The notes under the pieces: model-generated | Database searches by the model: none | Told to the model about the DNA's origin: nothing | What the model saw: the letters and a program-made list of their open reading frames with translations, nothing else | Program-made: the position numbers and the translations under genes | Shown: in pieces, positions 54,812-63,931 of the stretch | Layout of the letters: every line of letters begins with the position of its first letter | Position numbering within the stretch: the stretch's first letter is position 1 | Source of the DNA: a virus | Length of the DNA stretch: 64,000 nucleotides | Direction: 5' to 3' (one strand) | IMG/VR virus record: IMGVR_UViG_3300045988_159959

Positions 54812-56778
54812 ACCTCGAAATGTTTTGTACCTACAGTTATCTTTACCTTTGATTTTCTCTGAACCCGCTTACTTTCATCCGCCTTTTTAGGTTCAAATGA
54901 CTGTGTTTTATCGTCCCATTCGTACCCATCTGGAATGTAACGGAGATTGCATCTGCAATTACCTGACAAACAAACCTTACCATTTCGTCTTACAATTAAT
55001 GTATGGTATTTCTCCAATTCAACATCTCCAATCATACCATCATAATCAATCATTTGAACATTCAAAACAGAACATCCTTTAGCGGACAACTGCCTTATTC
55101 TCCAATTATCATATTTAGATGTATATGTTTTATTCTGTCTTTTATCAAAGGCTGTTACTTTGCCAAAATTCCTATAACTTGGTCTATAACCCAATTTCAA
55201 AAGAATCTCTCCAATATCGTTACATAACTTTATAGAAGACGTAAAATATTGTACTTCTGGCTTACAAACATATCCATCATATACTTTAGGCTTTCTTTCA
55301 ACGCCATCACCTTCTCTAAAAGCTGTCAAGAAAATATTCAAAAGATTAGGAGAAAGTTCTTTTATTTCTTTTGGAACAAACTTATCATAAGCATGTCCAA
55401 AAGATTTCAAATAAGCAAACAATTCTTTTCTTTCTGAAATAGTTGCGCCAATATATTCTTTACTTTTAAAAGGTTTTAACCCCATATTAGAAAGACATTC
55501 AAACATTTTTTCTTTTTTGTCCCCATCAAATTGAGATAAAACAATATAATTAGCACACTTATTACTTGTAGCACTTCCTTCCGAAAGAAAATAGCCCATA
55601 AATTGACAGAATAAATCTGCTTTGTATTTATATCCATCAAAATAAAAATAATCTTTGTCAACGCCAGTCCATTTAAATCCAGCACATCTAAAAAAAGCTC
55701 CTTCCGGTAAAAATCTTTCAGAAGTAAGACAAATTCCTTTTATTTTCCTTGTTGAAATAGCATGATGATGATTAGGAGTAGTACAAAGAGAAAATGACCT
55801 ATTTGTACGTTCTATCATCTTTCCTTTGTAATGCTGATTTATCCATCTAACAGCCTTAACCCACTCCAATTCCTCTGTATCTGGGTTTACAGACAAAAAC
55901 AATTCATTTTTATTCAAAGACTGAAATGTTTTCCACCCCTCATTTGTAAAAACCTCCGTATCTTCCGAAAAACAAAACGGATGAATTGGCGACAATGTGG
56001 CTTTCCAATCTTTTGACTTTCTTCCTATATTAGTACCGTTAGCGATCAATTCAGACAAATCAAAAATAACAGGCTTAGACCCTATACCATTTGTTGTGTA
56101 AGCATTAAGACAGAAACGACAGGCGCCGGGATATGTTTCTTTATACACCTTTGCATGAATACCATGCTCTTTCATGATCGTCTGCGCTATTCCTATCTGA
56201 AAGATGTTCTCCATTTCAGTAGCAACAATACGACCCCAATCCCGGTTCCATTCATCCAATCTATGTCCCAATGAACTAACAATAGATTGTACAGATTTCC
56301 TTTTCAGAACACCTTCCGTCAATTCTTCCCTAATAGCTGTTTCTACTTCCCTCTCCCGTTCTGCCACTGCTATTTTCATTTCTTCTTCTGAAATGGTAGA
56401 AGAAAGAGAATCTTTTATACGTGTCCCCATTCCTTTTATATAAGAATAAGAACGCATAGCCGCAGCATTATATTCTGCTTTTTCTCTTGAAGTGAGTTCC
56501 GGATATTGTTCTTTTTCAACATATTGTTGAAGGTCGTTGAAGTTAAGAGAGGATAATTGTGCAGGAGTAAGAATTGCCGCCAAACGTCCAAATATAAATG
56601 CTTGCCAATAAGGTGGTATTTTTAAAACTTCTGTCTTTAAGTCGAAGCCAAATCTTTTCAGCATATCTATATCTTCTTGGGAAAGATATTCCTTGCCCAA
56701 TACATCGGCAATTACACGAGCAATACGGTAATCGACAATGAAAAACAACTGCTGTATTTCTTCCGGTGTAAATAGCAT
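54808..56778 (-). CDS. Mu F / SPP1 gp7-like minor head (morphogenesis) protein interrupted by a LAGLIDADG intein
   Basis: The extein joins to SPIHPF|CRCNLRY, which is the HPxCRC signature of the Phage_Mu_F family. The gene is adjacent to the portal gene. Confidence 0.7.
   Translation of the reverse strand: MLFTPEEIQQLFFIVDYRIARVIADVLGKEYLSQEDIDMLKRFGFDLKTEVLKIPPYWQAFIFGRLAAILTPAQLSSLNFNDLQQYVEKEQYPELTSREKAEYNAAAMRSYSYIKGMGTRIKDSLSSTISEEEMKIAVAEREREVETAIREELTEGVLKRKSVQSIVSSLGHRLDEWNRDWGRIVATEMENIFQIGIAQTIMKEHGIHAKVYKETYPGACRFCLNAYTTNGIGSKPVIFDLSELIANGTNIGRKSKDWKATLSPIHPFCFSEDTEVFTNEGWKTFQSLNKNELFLSVNPDTEELEWVKAVRWINQHYKGKMIERTNRSFSLCTTPNHHHAISTRKIKGICLTSERFLPEGAFFRCAGFKWTGVDKDYFYFDGYKYKADLFCQFMGYFLSEGSATSNKCANYIVLSQFDGDKKEKMFECLSNMGLKPFKSKEYIGATISERKELFAYLKSFGHAYDKFVPKEIKELSPNLLNIFLTAFREGDGVERKPKVYDGYVCKPEVQYFTSSIKLCNDIGEILLKLGYRPSYRNFGKVTAFDKRQNKTYTSKYDNWRIRQLSAKGCSVLNVQMIDYDGMIGDVELEKYHTLIVRRNGKVCLSGNCRCNLRYIPDGYEWDDKTQSFEPKKADESKRVQRKSKVKITVGTKHFEV
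54958..55974 (-). mobile_element. Intein (339 aa, Hint + LAGLIDADG) inserted in the HPxCRC motif
   Basis: Starts CFSEDTEVFTNEGWKTF. Contains FMGYFLSEGSA and FLTAFREGDGV. Ends VCLSGN followed by +1 Cys. Coordinates were checked on the DNA (TGT at 55972-55974, AAT at 54958-54960). Confidence 0.75.
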
Positions 56779-56780
56779 AC

Positions 56781-56978
56781 TTACTTAGATTTTTGCTCCA
56801 CCATTTTCTTCGTCAAATCCATCAACATATTATTTATCTGTGTCGAAAAGATAACCTGCGCCATACCTTCATACCCTTCTTGTACTTTTGGATAACGCAT
56901 AGGGTCAACATGATGGTGTACATTTGACACTAAAGGCATCTTTTCGACCTTGATATTTTTGACATATCTCACATTCAT
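56781..56978 (-). CDS. hypothetical small protein
   Basis: 65-aa ORF between the portal and Mu F-like genes. Confidence 0.4.
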   Translation of the reverse strand: MNVRYVKNIKVEKMPLVSNVHHHVDPMRYPKVQEGYEGMAQVIFSTQINNMLMDLTKKMVEQKSK

Positions 56979-56981
56979 AAA

Positions 56982-58685
56982 TTACTTCTCTCCCCAGTTC
57001 TTTTCAATGTAAGACATTGCAGCACTCATGATAGGGTTGGAATCGAACGATTTCTGTGTACCTTCTTTGTCTTCTAACGCAATTTGTCGATCCACTTCTT
57101 CGTTCATCGCATCACCTCCGTACATAGCTTGCTGCATCTGATATTGTTTTTGAAGCTGGTAGGATTGATTCAAGATGGTATCGGTTTCCGGGTTAAATTT
57201 ACGTCCAGAGTATTTTTCAAAAATATCTTCCAGACAAACCATACCGTTTTGAATTTTCTTAGCATCAATCTCAACCTGCCTTCCTTCATCTTCCGCATCC
57301 ACACCCGTAAAGACAAATTCAAAATCTTCGTCCAGTTCTGATACAAGATAGTAATTAATTACTTCTTGTAAGAACACAAGAATAGGTTTCAAGCCTTTAT
57401 CTTTTGAATGCTGCAAACGTTCCTTTTGTCCAGCTTGTCCAAAGATATTTGTTTGATCTTTGAATTGGAAGCCAAGCTCTGACGGATCAATACGATAAAC
57501 CGCACAAGTCATAACAAGTAGGAATTTTACCCACTCGCTAAACTCCATATCCCGGTTGGTGTTTTTAGACAGATCAACCCATTGAAGGTCTAAACCGTTT
57601 ATAATCGGCGTTCTATGTGAATTTTGAACCCCCACCATTGTCTGTTGCCATGCCTGCCTAAATTCGCTCAAAGAAGCCTGTGATATGTTTGGATTCTTAA
57701 CATTGATAAATCCTTTAGGGTTAGACCCCTTAGAAAAATATGAACCATTATATTCAAATCCCCACAAAATCCATGTCATAACGCTGGACAACGTTTCCAG
57801 TTCAGATGTTCCATACCCGTTTTTATAGATGTTGGTCGATTTGTTTCGGATACCGATACCAAGCTCCCAAGGATAAAAAATAACGCTTTCATGCGTAACG
57901 GGATGCTGCATGATCTGACCTTGCCAGCACATACAATATTTCGGTAAGTATCCTTTGAATCGGTACTGTTCAAATTCTTCATGGAACTTCGGATCGATAC
58001 TGTCAAGAAAACGTACCAAAGAAGCATCTACAGCACGATAACGAGCCAGATTCCATGATCTGTCCCTTACTATTTCAAAAGCAAGTTGATCAAGAGTAAG
58101 GCTATCAAACACAACCTTTCTCCCAAAGTCTTGAAATGTGTCAAACGATTCCCATTTGTCGTGAAAACCGCCTTCTTCCAAAAACTTTCTGATATAATTG
58201 ATTTTTATCTGATCTTCCCTTGAGCGTTCTGCGCTTACCTTTTCAAAAGGATTCCGTTTTCTTCTGATAGTGTATCCTTCTTTCTGCTCATCAGTGCTGA
58301 AATGAAGAAAATTCTGAACCTGCTCAACACGAGTATTGACAACGGCCCGAACGACAAAGATGTCTCCCATTCTCCGAAGCACCTCAAAGGGCATAGAACC
58401 GTAAAAGTTAGGGTCTTTATAACCCCTGCCCGTATCGCTCGCTTCGTCCGGGTTGAAAAATACAGCCTTTACATCATCCTGTCTTTGATTGATATTCCCC
58501 ATATAAAGGTTGGCTTTCACCAAATCCTCCAAGTTGTCAGACCGGGACATCTGTTGTAATTTAGATTGAAGTACAGTAGGAAGAGTTTTTTGCAATCCTA
58601 CAATATCTTCCAAAGAAAGGCTGGTCAGACCCTTTAACAGGTCTGACTTTCCTTGATTTTTATTTTTATCTCTTTTCCTACTCAC
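56982..58685 (-). CDS. Portal protein
   Basis: 567 aa; position immediately upstream of the Mu F-like gene. Confidence 0.6.
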   Translation of the reverse strand: MSRKRDKNKNQGKSDLLKGLTSLSLEDIVGLQKTLPTVLQSKLQQMSRSDNLEDLVKANLYMGNINQRQDDVKAVFFNPDEASDTGRGYKDPNFYGSMPFEVLRRMGDIFVVRAVVNTRVEQVQNFLHFSTDEQKEGYTIRRKRNPFEKVSAERSREDQIKINYIRKFLEEGGFHDKWESFDTFQDFGRKVVFDSLTLDQLAFEIVRDRSWNLARYRAVDASLVRFLDSIDPKFHEEFEQYRFKGYLPKYCMCWQGQIMQHPVTHESVIFYPWELGIGIRNKSTNIYKNGYGTSELETLSSVMTWILWGFEYNGSYFSKGSNPKGFINVKNPNISQASLSEFRQAWQQTMVGVQNSHRTPIINGLDLQWVDLSKNTNRDMEFSEWVKFLLVMTCAVYRIDPSELGFQFKDQTNIFGQAGQKERLQHSKDKGLKPILVFLQEVINYYLVSELDEDFEFVFTGVDAEDEGRQVEIDAKKIQNGMVCLEDIFEKYSGRKFNPETDTILNQSYQLQKQYQMQQAMYGGDAMNEEVDRQIALEDKEGTQKSFDSNPIMSAAMSYIEKNWGEK

Positions 58686-58697
58686 GTCAATAAAAAA

Positions 58698-59900
58698 TTA
58701 AGCGGAAGTGCCTGCTGCCTGTGATAGCGTAATTGTTATTTGCTTTGTTCCTTCCGATTGTTTTACAACTGCTGACCCTTCTCTTGCTGTACCAGTATTG
58801 ACCGCTGCTACAACGGAATATTCGGTTGTTCCTTTCGAAAAACCTGTACCGGAAACTGTCGTAGTATAATTCACAGCCACAGGACTACCACTATTCTTTC
58901 CATTTACCGTCTTTTGTTTTGTAGAAGAAATAGAAAGAGTTTTTGTTTCACCCGTAGCAACAAATTCCACTCTTGAAGGGTTTGAAGTCAAATTATAAGT
59001 ATAAGCAACGGTTGCTTTAGGCTGACTTAAATTAATCGTAATTGATTTTGCGCCCGACCCTTCTTGTGTCACAACAAGAGTTCCTGTTCTTCCGGTAGTC
59101 TCATTTGTATTTTCAGTGGCGGAAACAGTATAATTTGCTCCCGATTGAGTTTTCAAAGAGAAACCCGTACCGGTTACCTTTCCTGTAGTATTTACGGTAG
59201 TTGGAGAACCACTGTTCTTACCGTTCAGCTTCTTTTGTCTGGTAGAAGTGATTGTGACCACTTGATCACCTGCCGTTGCAGCAAAAGTAAGAGTTGTCTT
59301 ATTGGCTGTGATCGTATTTTCATAAGTAATAACAGATGCAGCTTGACTTAAAGAAATGGTTGCTGTTTTTCCACTCTCATTCTGAATGATTGTAGCTGTA
59401 CCAGTTCTTTGCTTGTCAGTAGGATTCTCTGTAGCAGAAATTTGACTTATTCCCGCATTACCCGAAAAACCTGTACCGGAAATTTTAATCTGAATAGCAA
59501 CGGCTATGGGTTTCCCGTAAGGCGCACCGTCCCGATATTCCTGCTTGCTGGAAGTAACAACAAAATTCTTGCTTTCTCCCGTATTAACGAAAGAAAGTGA
59601 TTTTGTCTGCAATGTAAACGTATATTCCGTTCTATCAAGAACGTTCACATAATTGATCTTTTCTTCTTCCAGTCCTTCGGGATAGCCGATAAGACCCAAT
59701 CCATTAGCAAGACACCATTCTTTGAACTTACCGATATTGTAGGTAACGCCAGCATCAATCACAATACCGAGAGACTTGTAATATTCAACGTCACCTACCG
59801 TATTTTCTGTTACAAAAACATTCATCTGATTGTCAATTCCATCAGTTATGACAGTCATTTGCTTGCTTAAATCCTTTGTCGTAAAAAGAAGTCTTAACAT
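58698..59900 (-). CDS. Surface/decoration-type protein with three BACON-like Ig-fold repeats
   Basis: Three ~90-aa units end in the patterns ATENPTDKQRTGTATIIQNESGKTATISLSQ, ATENTNETTGRTGTLVVTQEGSGAKSITINLSQ and AAVNTGTAREGSAVVKQSEGTKQITITLSQ. Confidence 0.55.
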   Translation of the reverse strand: MLRLLFTTKDLSKQMTVITDGIDNQMNVFVTENTVGDVEYYKSLGIVIDAGVTYNIGKFKEWCLANGLGLIGYPEGLEEEKINYVNVLDRTEYTFTLQTKSLSFVNTGESKNFVVTSSKQEYRDGAPYGKPIAVAIQIKISGTGFSGNAGISQISATENPTDKQRTGTATIIQNESGKTATISLSQAASVITYENTITANKTTLTFAATAGDQVVTITSTRQKKLNGKNSGSPTTVNTTGKVTGTGFSLKTQSGANYTVSATENTNETTGRTGTLVVTQEGSGAKSITINLSQPKATVAYTYNLTSNPSRVEFVATGETKTLSISSTKQKTVNGKNSGSPVAVNYTTTVSGTGFSKGTTEYSVVAAVNTGTAREGSAVVKQSEGTKQITITLSQAAGTSA

Positions 59901-59911
59901 AGCTTCTAAAA

Positions 59912-60490
59912 TTAATGAGCCACTACTTCGAACTTCTGAACACCATCATCAGACATAACAACAAGATTCAAATCTTCCTTTTTGGACAAGCCAAGATCAG
60001 CTAAGGAAAATTCCATAGGTGTACGACCGTTTACTTTCGAAACAAGAGTTTTCTTGTCTCCCCGGATTGTTCCGTAACGTCCTACTGAATCCTTTAATGT
60101 TACTGTATTGGGAAAATAAATTTCCACTTCTTTCTCCGCTGGAACAGTCGTAGCAATTTCCAAAACACAAACATTGCTACTATTCCAAGAAGCCTTTACG
60201 GAAACAACTTCGTTCAGCCCTTGAGGTTCGATCGACAAAGTAAGCGCATGATCTTCCGCAAACGCAACCAATTCTTCGTGCTGAACAGTTTCACCCACAT
60301 TCCAGTTCCAACCCAAAGCAAGAAAAGCATCACTTCCCTTCTTTTCATCTTCTGTAGCGTTGACAGAACCGGGAGTTACAACACCGCGAGGTGATTCCGT
60401 GATAAGCACTCTTTTCTGTTCACAAGAGCCATCCGTAACGACCACTACGTCAATCTTCTTATCTGTATCAGTAAATCTGTATAGTCTCAT
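59912..60490 (-). CDS. Paralog of the N-terminal domain of the BACON-repeat protein, with a different C-terminus
   Basis: MRLYRFTDTDKKIDVVVVTDGSCEQKRVLITES compared with MLRLLFTTKDLSKQMTVITDGIDNQMNVFVTEN. Confidence 0.45.
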   Translation of the reverse strand: MRLYRFTDTDKKIDVVVVTDGSCEQKRVLITESPRGVVTPGSVNATEDEKKGSDAFLALGWNWNVGETVQHEELVAFAEDHALTLSIEPQGLNEVVSVKASWNSSNVCVLEIATTVPAEKEVEIYFPNTVTLKDSVGRYGTIRGDKKTLVSKVNGRTPMEFSLADLGLSKKEDLNLVVMSDDGVQKFEVVAH

Positions 60491-60502
60491 TTGTATAAAA
60501 AT

Positions 60503-61030
60503 TTAGATTGTATCTTTTTCGGAATCACCCGTTTTTCCTCCGGGCTTTCTTAAAAATCCATTTTCGTCAAATTCCCTTAAATATTTTCTCACCCACACAG
60601 GAACAAGGTTGGGATTTATCTTACCTGAATTTTCCACTATAGAGATAGATTCCCTTACTATTAATGCTGTACTCATAAGAGATCGAAACCATGTGAAAGT
60701 TGTGGTTGTTTGTCCGTCTATAGTGTATTCTCCCAAAACATGAGCTACAATAAGCAAACACCCATATACAAAAATTTTAGTCAGGATCATTCCAAAACCT
60801 TTCGATGAAAAGTCTTTTTGCTTCAAATGGAATACCCAACTAATAAGAGTGTCCACAATAATAAGGACAACAAGGAATTTGAGAAATTCCCAATCTTTGA
60901 ATATGTATTTTTCTATCCAGTCCACAATAGGAGATAAAGGTAAAGCGATCAGTATAGGATAGCAGAAGCTACCTAAATAGGATTTGAAATGATATAATCT
61001 TCTGTTCTCCATCATCAATCCTCTAATCAA
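60503..61030 (-). CDS. Holin (Phage_holin_4_1-like, multi-TM)
   Basis: Several hydrophobic helices and the family-like RESISIVENSGKINP motif. Confidence 0.55.
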   Translation of the reverse strand: MIRGLMMENRRLYHFKSYLGSFCYPILIALPLSPIVDWIEKYIFKDWEFLKFLVVLIIVDTLISWVFHLKQKDFSSKGFGMILTKIFVYGCLLIVAHVLGEYTIDGQTTTTFTWFRSLMSTALIVRESISIVENSGKINPNLVPVWVRKYLREFDENGFLRKPGGKTGDSEKDTI

Positions 61031-61443
61031 TCTTTTTTATCGGATTCCGATTCCTCCTTCTTTTTCTTGTAGTCAGAATCTTTTTTGTAAGGCATACCCA
61101 CAATTCCTTTTCTTCTGTTCTCAGGAGTATCTTTATAGAAACCTATTTTGTTTTTTACAGGAAGTCCGGTTGCTCCGGCTTTTTCGATTGTTTCTTGGTC
61201 GGCATCCTTCCACTCAATCTGTGGTTCTCTATAATATACAACAGATTTGTTGAAGTTTTCGTCAACCACAACAACACGATTCAGAGACACAAAGTCTATA
61301 GCTCCATGTTCCCTTTCAGTAGGATCAATACTTTTCACAACGTCAGAAGCAAAGTTTTTCACCTGTTCCAACGTATAAACCTCCCAGCCATTCTTTTCTG
61401 CAAGGCTTAAAAATTCATTTATAGGAAATTCTTGTACACTCAT
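61027..61443 (-). CDS. hypothetical protein (start moved to the ATG at 61443; the ORF track uses a GTG at 61494)
   Basis: MSVQEFPINEF... begins at an ATG. The GTG-extended 17 codons overlap a 10-bp helix of the upstream structured leader. Confidence 0.45.
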   Translation of the reverse strand: MSVQEFPINEFLSLAEKNGWEVYTLEQVKNFASDVVKSIDPTEREHGAIDFVSLNRVVVVDENFNKSVVYYREPQIEWKDADQETIEKAGATGLPVKNKIGFYKDTPENRRKGIVGMPYKKDSDYKKKKEESESDKKD

Positions 61444-61469
61444 GGACGTAATTGGGTGCTTATACACTT

Positions 61470-61624
61470 CTTTGCACCAAAAGTATATTTTCACGCTTCA
61501 TAGGGACATTGTTGAAACCATCAACCCGTAATAATTTCTAAAGAGGTCTCTCCACATGCTTAAATTCCCGGTGCACCACCGGTATCGTTAATAAAATTGA
61601 TGATTAACATAAACTGGTGCAAAG
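61470..61624 (-). other. Structured 5' leader: multi-hairpin junction closed by a 10-bp helix
   Basis: CTTTGCACCA (61470-61479) pairs with TGGTGCAAAG (61615-61624). The helix encloses three hairpins: GTTGA/TCAAC (61511-61525), CCGGTG/CACCGG (61568-61582) and GTTAAT/ATTAAC (61587-61608). Confidence 0.45.
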
Positions 61625-61658
61625 TTATACTAATCACCTATTTATAATTCAACACATA

Positions 61659-61666
61659 CAAAAGTA
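61659..61666 (-). promoter_or_regulatory. Putative -7 box (TACTTTTG on the minus strand) upstream of the structured leader
   Basis: Matches TAnnTTTG within ACATACAAAAGTATAAC, which is related to the conserved motif. Confidence 0.3.
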
Positions 61667-61696
61667 TAACTTTTTTCCTACAAAAGAATGTTTTAT

Positions 61697-62137
61697 AAAG
61701 AAAAACTTGTAAGCAATACTTTCTATGTTGGTGCGGCAACCGTACTTGTATCGCTTACAAGTGCCGTTCTCCCTCCGCACAGGGATCAAAGGTAACGACG
61801 AAGCCTTTAAAGTAGGAAGTGAATTTGTCTCGCCACTCTGCCCGCAGGACAATGTTACTTCAAAAGAAGCCTTTCTCACGAGAAACCATTATCTCACGAC
61901 ATCCTACAAGCCGCCATTTGCCCTACTTCGGGACTTATTCGTTAGGAACGATTCTTATAGGGGAGCCGGCATTTCCTGACTCGGTTCGTTTATCATTAGA
62001 GACATTCGATCTAACACTTCCTTAATTTTGGGAAACATTAAGATCGTTCCCCATCAACCTCACATAGCCTTCAAAAAGAAGAAGGGAAGCTATCGCGAAT
62101 CACTTCCCAAACTTCAACTTTTTAAGCTATCTCATCT
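61697..62137 (-). ncRNA. Candidate ~440-nt structured non-coding RNA of unknown class
   Basis: No ORF of 80 aa or more on the minus strand. The region looks more GC-rich than its flanks by eye. It lies directly downstream of the promoter motif at 62143-62176. It has many local and long-range complementarities (listed in findings) and ends in GCTTACAA followed by gtttttcttt. Confidence 0.45.
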
Positions 62138-62142
62138 CGACT

Positions 62143-62176
62143 GCAAACATACAACTTTTGTATTCAATAATTGCAA
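62143..62176 (-). promoter_or_regulatory. Putative promoter (-7 box TATGTTTG); a copy of the dnaE promoter motif, pointing into a non-coding region
   Basis: 62143-62163 is identical to 3753-3773 (21 of 21 nt; 30 of 34 over the extended motif). Confidence 0.5.
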
Positions 62177-62185
62177 TTTTTGATG

Positions 62186-62416
62186 TTAAATATCCTTAAT
62201 ATCTACCCCACATGCAGAAGCTATCAGTAGAGACACTTCACGTTCCTTTTCCGGCATCTTCTCAATAGAAGCCTTATATCCTTCCGGATTGCCGTTATAA
62301 CTCTCTACGATCGCTTTCTTTTGTTCTTCTGAAATGTTGTAGAAAGCCAATACACTTTTCTTTTCTTCTTCCGTCATGGAAGACTTGTTTTTAATGTTAG
62401 GTAATTTGTTTATCAT
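62186..62416 (-). CDS. hypothetical small protein
   Basis: 76-aa ORF in array. Confidence 0.4.
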   Translation of the reverse strand: MINKLPNIKNKSSMTEEEKKSVLAFYNISEEQKKAIVESYNGNPEGYKASIEKMPEKEREVSLLIASACGVDIKDI

Positions 62417-62417
62417 T

Positions 62418-62831
62418 TTATTTCATCCTTAAAAAAGATGGTGTTTCTGCCATTTCAATTTTCTTACTCTTTACTGCCATTCTCTTTCTTATTGCCTTAA
62501 AAGCAGCCTTATAACATCTTTCACCACAAAAACCTGCTTTATACTTATCCTGTTGCACTGACGAAAAGTAATCAGAAATGTTTATTCCAGCTATAGTTAA
62601 ATTCATAAGCATTTCCTCTATAACAACAGGACTAAGATCACCTCTCCTTTGTTTATACCACAACACTGGGTTTCTTTCAAAACTAATCCTAATGCCAAAA
62701 TACTCATCTTTTACCTCTCTATCTGGCTTATAATGACACAAAAACTTAAATTTGTATTCAGCAGCTTCTTTTATTCTATCAAAAGTATGAATACTTCCAG
62801 CAGATATAATCATAATCTTACTCATAATCAA
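62418..62831 (-). CDS. hypothetical protein
   Basis: 137-aa ORF in array. Confidence 0.4.
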   Translation of the reverse strand: MIMSKIMIISAGSIHTFDRIKEAAEYKFKFLCHYKPDREVKDEYFGIRISFERNPVLWYKQRRGDLSPVVIEEMLMNLTIAGINISDYFSSVQQDKYKAGFCGERCYKAAFKAIRKRMAVKSKKIEMAETPSFLRMK

Positions 62832-63931
62832 GCTGCTTTATAAAGTTTTCGATAATAATTTCTGACAATAGGCTGTGGCACTCGCTTTCTGTAAGTAAGC
62901 GGACGTTTGTCAAATATAAGAGATTTAAAAAAATCGGCAGTAGTTTTCTTCTTTTCCTGTAGACAAGACCTTATTCTACTCGCAAGACTACATAATCGTT
63001 CATATTCTTTGTTACTGTCATTCATAAAATTTTCTGCATAGCAATCGTACTGTTTTGTTCTACGTTGTGCTGAAACGAGATAACGATAAGTTTCAAGAGA
63101 AAAACGCTTTTTTAAAACAGAATCCCCTGCACTTTTCGTGTACATAACAATTTTCTTCGCAATAATAGCGTTCCATTTACGCATAGAAGGAAGATTAATC
63201 TGAAAATTCCAACAGCCTTTTATTTTACGGGAGTTTAATTCTTTTTTCGTAGGTTCTCTAAAAAAATCCCTTCCAAAATAAAGTTTTAACTTTTTCATAC
63301 TGTATCTGACTTGATCTATCGTCCAACCAAGTTCTCGTGCAATAGTCTTTTGACTAAAAAACAAAGAAGGTTCCCATTTGAGAGAAGGATCGTTTTTCTT
63401 TTCAGACAACCACACATGATAAATAATTCTTCTTTTTAGTTCAAGATAGACCGAAAGAACACGTTCATTAAAACCAAGTCTTAATTCTCGATTATTAAAT
63501 CTTTGAGTATCTTTAAATGCCTTAAAGGGACGCAAAAGGCAAGCAGGAATTAAATTCATATCTTTAGAATAGAAGGATTTATCTTTTATCACGAAACGAT
63601 AGGAAGTAATAACCTTCATCCTTCCACAAGAAGGATCAAAAATTTTTTCCACCTTATGTTCAATCTTCATGCCACCGGCATACTTATTAAATATCGTCAA
63701 TGCTTGATTTTCAGATTCACATCCTATTGCATCTTTTAGAAAAGACAAAAGAGATTTTTTTGAATAAAAAATCTTTGAAGTAATACCTTTGGTTTTTCTC
63801 TTAGGAGTGACCTCTTTTCCTTTTTTGGTAAACCTTCTTCTGCCCGAAAATTTACCTTCACTCTCATTTAGTAGTAACTGCCGTTCTAAATCAGAACGAA
63901 TCAAAAAGGCTGCTATATTTTTACAGTCCAT
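62828..63931 (-). CDS. hypothetical basic protein with a possible HTH (replication/regulatory candidate)
   Basis: 367 aa; SQKTIARELGWTIDQVRYSMKKL is HTH-like. No RT or recombinase motif was seen. Confidence 0.4.
   Translation of the reverse strand: MDCKNIAAFLIRSDLERQLLLNESEGKFSGRRRFTKKGKEVTPKRKTKGITSKIFYSKKSLLSFLKDAIGCESENQALTIFNKYAGGMKIEHKVEKIFDPSCGRMKVITSYRFVIKDKSFYSKDMNLIPACLLRPFKAFKDTQRFNNRELRLGFNERVLSVYLELKRRIIYHVWLSEKKNDPSLKWEPSLFFSQKTIARELGWTIDQVRYSMKKLKLYFGRDFFREPTKKELNSRKIKGCWNFQINLPSMRKWNAIIAKKIVMYTKSAGDSVLKKRFSLETYRYLVSAQRRTKQYDCYAENFMNDSNKEYERLCSLASRIRSCLQEKKKTTADFFKSLIFDKRPLTYRKRVPQPIVRNYYRKLYKAA

Noticed and set aside
61444-61494. GTG start at 61494 for ORF 61027..61494
   Set aside because: An in-frame ATG at 61443 gives a plausible N-terminus. 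The extra 17 codons coincide with one arm of a 10-bp RNA helix. The shorter CDS is preferred, but this is not proven.
61649-61879. Short ORFs inside the non-coding region (76 aa minus strand; 84 and 68 aa plus strand)
   Set aside because: They overlap each other and the predicted helices, lack upstream promoter or start context, and have odd composition. The region is better explained as structured RNA.
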